A stretch of DNA of 63,734 nt, counting the filler, from Folioceros fuciformis (Eukaryota): NCBI GenBank assembly GCA_049999805.1. It is 5 parts of 5 records of this genome, joined end to end, with 100 filler letters (N's around TTAATTAATTAA, not from the genome) between each part and the next. Parts side by side here need not be neighbours in the genome. Positions count along the whole stretch, not along the records: positions 45,498 to 60,391 come from JBNGIO010006223.1; positions 60,492 to 63,734 come from JBNGIO010006243.1; 3 more parts are not named here. The stretch is one strand, 5' to 3'. Every line of letters begins with the position of its first letter. The first letter of the stretch is position 1. Positions 57,980 to 63,734 of the stretch are shown here, one piece after another. The position numbers and the translations under genes were made by a program. The notes under the pieces were generated by a model. That model worked only from the letters and a program-made list of their open reading frames with translations, was not told the origin of the DNA and did not search any database.

Positions 57980-59760
57980 CTATTATCTACTGCAGTGCCT
58001 GGCCCACTAAATACCGAGGCTGGTGACTTGTGAACCAAAGAAATGCCTTTCAGAACCCGTGCACTAGATTTTCGCATATTCGCACGGTTTGGGGGTCTGA
58101 AAAGCCCAAGTCCTCGGCTGATGCTGGGGCTGCACTGTGAGAAGGTATTCCACGGGAGGGAGAAGTTCCTGAAGCTGCATACAACAAATGCTAAGCATAA
58201 ACCAAAAGGAATAAGATCACGAAGCCGAGCGTCTTGCACTACGACCAGAAGTCATACCTGAAAGACCCTCAAAATCTGCCGTTACAATGATTCCAGCAAG
58301 ACCAGCACCTATTATCCTTGCCACAGACACCTGCCAAAAACTAATGAATTCCTTGCTGAAAAGGGAAACAAAAAGCCACCGAATTGTCAAACTGAGCTTC
58401 TGCATTGTATTCTGACCCCTAAACGCAACTACACTGCATGCGAATGAGGCTCACGCATTTGTCCTCAGCGCCAGCTTCCGTGCCGAAAGAGTGGCAGATA
58501 CCTTGCCACCTCATGGTGTAGGTCGGGAGAACCGTGGAGCCTCTGATCTGCTGAGAGGAGCCGGAGTTGCAGGTGGCGGACGTGATTCAGGCCTTGTTTG
58601 AGTTGTTGGTGCGAATCTCTCTTGGGAGGTGCAGAACCTCCACCTCCGCTACCACCACCACTTCCCCCTTGGTAACTGCTAAACTTGCTTACATCACGTT
58701 GGTCCTCCACCACTATACAAATAGGCTGCAAATGAAATACGTAAAGGATGTGGTACCATGAATGAGCTGAGCTGCTTGAATTGCGCCTTCAATTATGAAC
58801 TTAACGAGCCCAACACCTGGCAATATGACCTTCAGTATTTACCTCTCCAATTTCAACATCCCTGGCACCATCTCCCACAAGGATCTTAGCGAGATACCCT
58901 TCGTCCATTGCCTCCAACTCCATAATTGCCTTATCCTAAACACGATTACAGCCATGGGCAAGATTGTGTCTCGACTGCAGACATCGGAATACCTGCATCT
59001 GCTTGCCAGAATACAATACGTTCGAAACTACCGTTTCAATCTCACAGAGAACATCGCCCGCTGCGACTTCATCGCCTTCTTTCTTCCGCCACCTTGCTAT
59101 GTTTCCCTGCCGCATTTGTGCATGGCAACAAAATCAGCAAGCGACCATACAAAAAACACAAAAGAGTGATGCAGGATCGGAACACACCTTGCTCATGGTA
59201 GGCGAAAGACATGGCATCCCGATTTCCTCATGCGGAGGAACTGGACACAGCAAACCAGACGTCGATCAGCGAAGTGAGCAATAGCACGACCTCCCAATCA
59301 CGCGAGAATCCCTACATCAGAGTTCCAAAGCAGATGGTATGGATGACTTTACCATCTCGTGAAGAAACGAACGACCTGGATGGACATTGCTTGCGAAAGG
59401 ACAGTGAATCGTGTTGCGATTTGGACCTGCACAGCGGAGGGGCTTCGTCTTAGGCAGCGCATGGGGAGACCCTGCGTTCAGATGTATCCCACATCTGACG
59501 ATAAAGCTATCCCTATTCCCCCAGCGCATCGCAGAGGCCCCGCCACAAGCGAACGTAAGAATTGCATTGCCCAATGCCTGCAGCGACGTCAAAACTGACC
59601 AGATGGAGCCGTTTGGACTGCCGTGGAGAGCCGATCTGCAGGCGGCAGCAACAATTCCCCGATGCTGAATCGCAGCGTTGGACGCAGATTGATAGCCAGC
59701 AGTCCGCGTGATCGCAGCTGCTGCCCATAGCACAGCCAGGCCCACCCGGCGTGACGCCAT
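57980..59760 (-). pseudogene. 5' half of a mitochondrial pyruvate dehydrogenase E2 gene (transit peptide, lipoyl domain, E3-binding domain), disrupted
   Basis: Exons read PPHEEIGMPCLSPTMSK (about 59235-59188), [25 protein letters not shown] (about 59106-59032), DKAIMELEAMDEGYLAKILVGDGARDVEIGE (about 58935-58843), PICIVVED. A frameshift and TGA fall in the linker, followed by ARKLA and a degenerate IGAGLAGIIVTAD. No catalytic domain follows. Confidence 0.85.
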
Positions 59761-60195
59761 GGCTACCAGACCACGGTTAGCTCGTTTACCACGGTTACCA
59801 GACCTGAGGTAATGCAGGGAGCAGAAAAGTATTGAGGAAACCTGCCTTCCTTTATACCATGTTATTTAACAAACCCATACATATACATGTACATCCATAC
59901 ATACATACAGTACACATGTGCGTGTATGGTATGCAAGGAGTTGTACTGTATGCCTTGATTCGCTTTCGCAGTTGATTGGGGAGGAAGAAGAGGAGGGTGA
60001 TCCGGATGAGGTGGGATTCGCAACGGACATGGCAACTAGTGTAGAAGTGGCGGAATCTGGTGGGAGCGAAGAGCGGGAAGCGGGTGGAGCCTGGGCCACA
60101 CGTCCGGTCGGATCTGCTCACTCCTGACTCTGGTCTGCTGGGAAATTGCCGATTGGGAATCACGAGAGCCGGCAAAGCAGCAGAGGCCACTGTCA

Positions 60196-60198
60196 AAG

Positions 60199-60241
<43 letters not shown>

Positions 60242-60391
60242 CACAGCCAAAGCCAAAGCCAAAGCCAAAGCCAAAGCCAAAGCCAAAGCCAAAGCCAAAG
60301 CCAAAGCCAAAGCCAAAGCCAAAGCCAAAGCCAAAGCCAAAGCCAAAGCCAAAGCCAAAGCCAAAGCCAAAGCCAAAGCCAAAGCCAAAGC
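60196..60391. repeat. Compound hexanucleotide microsatellite (GCCAGA)n(GCCAAA)n running into the linker
   Basis: Read directly from the sequence; it explains the AL, AK and QS repeat ORFs. Confidence 0.97.
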
Positions 60392-60491
60392 NNNNNNNNN
60401 NNNNNNNNNNNNNNNNNNNNNNNNNNNNNNNNNNNTTAATTAATTAANNNNNNNNNNNNNNNNNNNNNNNNNNNNNNNNNNNNNNNNNNNN
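60392..60491. other. Artificial contig linker N44-TTAATTAATTAA-N44
   Basis: Same layout as 21516-21615. Confidence 0.95.
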
Positions 60492-63400
60492 AGGTTAAAG
60501 TCTGATACTTTTAATGTCTTTAAGGAGTGGCTCGTCATGATTCAACGTCAGACAGGACTCTTGTTGAAATGTCTTCGTACAGACAATGGGACAGAATTTG
60601 TCCATGCCCATTTTACTCAGTTCTTGCTGGACAATGGAATTGTAAGGCAGCTTATAGTTCCTTATACTCAGAGCAGAATGGCGTTGCTGAGAGGAGAAAT
60701 CAGACCCTGCTAGGCATGACCAGAAGCATGCTAGAATGGTCTGGTCTAAGCAAGGCCTTCTGGGCAGAGGCGGTGGTCACCGCTACCTATATCTTGAATC
60801 GTCTCCTGACAAGTGCGGTGGAAGGCAAGACTCCTTTTGAGGTGATTTGGCAAAGGAAGCCCAGTATTTTACATCTTCGGGTCTTTGGTTCTCCAGCCTA
60901 CGCTTATGTGCCAGAGGAAAAACGTAAGAAGTTGGAGGACAGGGCCAAACCTCTGCTATTTGTGGGTTATGGAGAAGAATCAAAGGCATACAAGCTGTAC
61001 GACACGCTTACTAATTCAGCTATTTTTGCTCGAAGTGTGACATTTAAGGAGCTTACTTCTCCTGCCAAGCCTTATCTTGATTCCTTACTACATAATCAGG
61101 AGACTGTCACACATGTTGAAATATCAGACCAGGATGGGTATACTTCTTTTCCACAAGATGAAGCTCCTGAAGATTATGCTCAAGTTCCTGTCCCTCTTGT
61201 TCATGATCCACAGGTTTCAGCTCCTGGTTTAGACGAGGATTTTGCAGTAGCAGTAGATCCTCCTATGTTAGCAGATCCTCACCCCATAGCTGATGTTGAA
61301 GTTAACAATGATGAAGCTGTGGCTGGATTTGGTGCTGATGATTTACATGTCCTTCAGGATACAATTCCTCCTAATGATGGTCTGCAACTTCCAGGGGATG
61401 GGGAACCTCCTCAACCGGTCCTCCCTGTTATTCTTCCAGATGTGATAGAGCCGGAGCCTCGATATCCACAAAGGACACGATTACCTCCAGCTCAATGGGC
61501 GGAACCCCCATACAAGTCAATCGATTTTCGCAGACATCAAGCTGGTGTTTCTCTTCCTCAAGTTCATGTTTCTTCTACAGAGATACCTTCTTCTATCAAC
61601 AAGTCGGAGCCTCGTTCATATCATGAGGCAGTTACAGGTCCAGATAAGGATTTCTGGATCCCTTCCATCAAAGATGAGTATGACTCGCTTATTAAAAATG
61701 ACACTTGGGAATTATGTCCTTTGTCTTCTGGACGTAAAGTCGTTGGCTCCAAGTGGGTTTTCAAACATAAGTTGAATGCAAATGGAGAGATTGCTAGGTA
61801 TAAATCCCGTTTGGTAGCACGGGGTTTTACCCAAATTCCTGGAGTTGACTTCACAGAAACTTTTAGCCCAGTGGTCAAAACTCAATCCATACGGATGATT
61901 ATTGCTCTTGCAGCAGCTCATGCCTGGGATTTACAACAGATGGATGTATGTATTGCTTTTCTTTATGGGGAGCTTGAGGAGGACATATACATGCAACAGC
62001 CTGAAGGCTTTGTAGACCCTGAACATCCTGACTGGGTTTGTCGTCTCAAGAAGACCATATATGGTCTTAAACAGTCTGCTAGGGAATGGTACAAAACCAT
62101 TGACGCATACCTCAAGTCTCTTGGGTTTCTGCAAAATCCAGGTGATGCTAATGTTTATTTCTATTCCAAGGCTGGTGGTATGGTGGTGCTTGCCTTATAT
62201 GTTGACGATGCTATACTGGCTTCCAATGATCCTGCATTACTGGCTTGGGTTAAACAGATGCTTCATTCCAAGTTTGACATGAAGGATATTGGCACCCTCA
62301 CCTTTGTACTTGGTGTACAGTTGGTTCGAGATTTTTCTTCTAACACCATCATGTTACATCAGTCTAAATATATTTTAGAAACTCTTCGTCGTTTTCAACT
62401 TAAGTTTGCCAAGCCTGTAGCCACTCCTGGTGTTGCTGGTGTTAAATTGTCCATTGCCCAATGTCCTCAGACAGATTCTGAGAAGGCAGCCATGTCTACT
62501 GTTCCTTATAGACATGCGGTCGGGTGCCTTAATTATATCTCCTGCTGGACCCGTCCTGATATCCAGTATTCTGTTAGTGCCGTTTCTCAATTCTTGGACA
62601 ATCCTGGTAAGGAGCACTGGGGTGCCGTTAAACGCATTCTTCGGTATTTACAGGGCACTTTACATTATGGGCTATGCTTCCGGGGGCGAAGAAAGGACAC
62701 ACTTGCCGTCTTTGGTTGGGCTGATGCTGACTGGGCCACAGATCCGGATGTGCGTCGAAGCATATCCGCATATTGTTTTACCCTCTCTGGTGCTGCCATC
62801 CATTGGAGTTCCAAGAAACAGGTTTCTGTAGCTCTCTCCTCGACTGAGGCAGAGTATAAGGCTTTAACTGAAGCCTCTAAAGAGGCTATTTGGGAGCGCT
62901 GTTTTCTTGCTGGACTTGGCTTTCCTCAGCTACAGCCTACGCCCATTTTCTGTGACAATTTATCTACAATTGCTATGACAGCTAATCCACGCTTTCATGC
63001 CCGCACAAAACACATTGAGGTGCAACATCATTTTATTAGGCATTCTGTTCAACAGAAAGAAGTGACAATTCAGCATGTTTCAACTGATCTGAATCCAGCT
63101 GATCTGCTTACGAAATACCTACCTGCTTCCAAACATATGATACATATGGAGGCGCTCGGTATTCAAGACTGCTCCTCAACCTAATTCTGATACATACCCG
63201 AGCTGCAGGTATGGTGGATGAAACTTCATCTTGAATCCAGTCGCATCCTGCAGCTCCTCGGCTTTTCTTCTGTTACTCTGGAGGCAGTGGAGTTTCTCTG
63301 GCCCGTTTCAGCTATTGCTCCAGTGCCTCTGCTGCCATGCTATTGGTTTGTGTTGGCTTCAGTTCCCTCACGGCGAAGGAAATCTGCAGCTGACACTCCC

Positions 63401-63734
63401 AATTCGCGATCTGCCAGCGTTGTTCAGTCACGAACTGGTTCCACTCCTGGTGCTGGGTTCGTTGTGCTTTGCTCCGTGCTCGTCACCCCTGTTTCCTCAC
63501 TTCCTCGCAGCGTTTCTGGTACACGAGGAACACCGCTAGTGCAAAGGCGCACAGACTGAGGCATTGACCCAGTATTCCTGCCATGGCGTGTGGATCGGTC
63601 ACCTCGTAACCCAACAGCCTGCTTTGTTTACGGGGGCATGTTGGAAGTAACCCCGTTAGGGTTAGCTTCTTATAAACGTTGCAGCTGTTAGGTGGTTTAA
63701 TAGCTAATTATGAAAGGTCATGACTCTTGGAGAG
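60492..63734 (+). mobile_element. Ty1/Copia 3' part: integrase-RT-RNase H, 3' region, PPT and start of the 3' LTR
   Basis: ORF to 63184 with EQNGVAERRN, HLRVFGS, SRLVARGF, YGLKQS, LYVDD, DADWA, STEAEY, CDN, TKHIEV. One frameshift near 60650 (LRTDNGTEF lies in another frame). gggggca precedes TGTTGGAAG at 63639. Confidence 0.94.

Noticed and set aside
58465-58731. Gly-rich ORF resembling a small SelK-like or glycine-rich protein
   Set aside because: It is the flexible linker exon of the PDC E2 pseudogene.
59852-60443. Poly-AL, AK/AR and QS ORFs
   Set aside because: Translations of a hexanucleotide microsatellite.

Overview
This is land-plant nuclear DNA. Short GT-AG introns, compact GC-rich genes and PLS-class PPRs with a WW-like PG box suggest a seed-free plant, most plausibly a hornwort (inference). 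The window is a scaffold: four artificial N44-TTAATTAATTAA-N44 linkers and several plain N gaps join the contigs. (1) 1-20 kb is gene-dense: a Harbinger transposase remnant, an OBAP/DUF1264 pseudogene fragment, a RING-CH E3 ligase, a head-to-head pair of mitochondrial complex I genes (NDUFB9/B22 and gamma-carbonic anhydrase), a PPR pseudogene, ecdysoneless (ECD), a large PLS-E+ PPR whose L motifs carry a repeated 16-aa insertion, a 2OG-Fe(II) dioxygenase, and a NOL/NYC1-like SDR with His in place of the catalytic Tyr. (2) 20-45 kb is a transposon block: several nested or truncated Copia elements, one full-length Copia with TG..TA LTRs and an AAGGA target-site duplication, an L1-like LINE, and an AT-rich diacylglycerol kinase pseudogene. 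(3) 45-60 kb holds gene fragments (two opposite-strand pieces of PDC E2, PP2A B'', an intronless AAA-ATPase piece), an intact PLS-E+ PPR, a long miRNA-like hairpin, two phi-class GSTs and a small orphan ORF with APY repeats. (4) 60.5-63.7 kb is a Copia pol region and the start of its 3' LTR. All gene models were spliced by eye; no database search was run.
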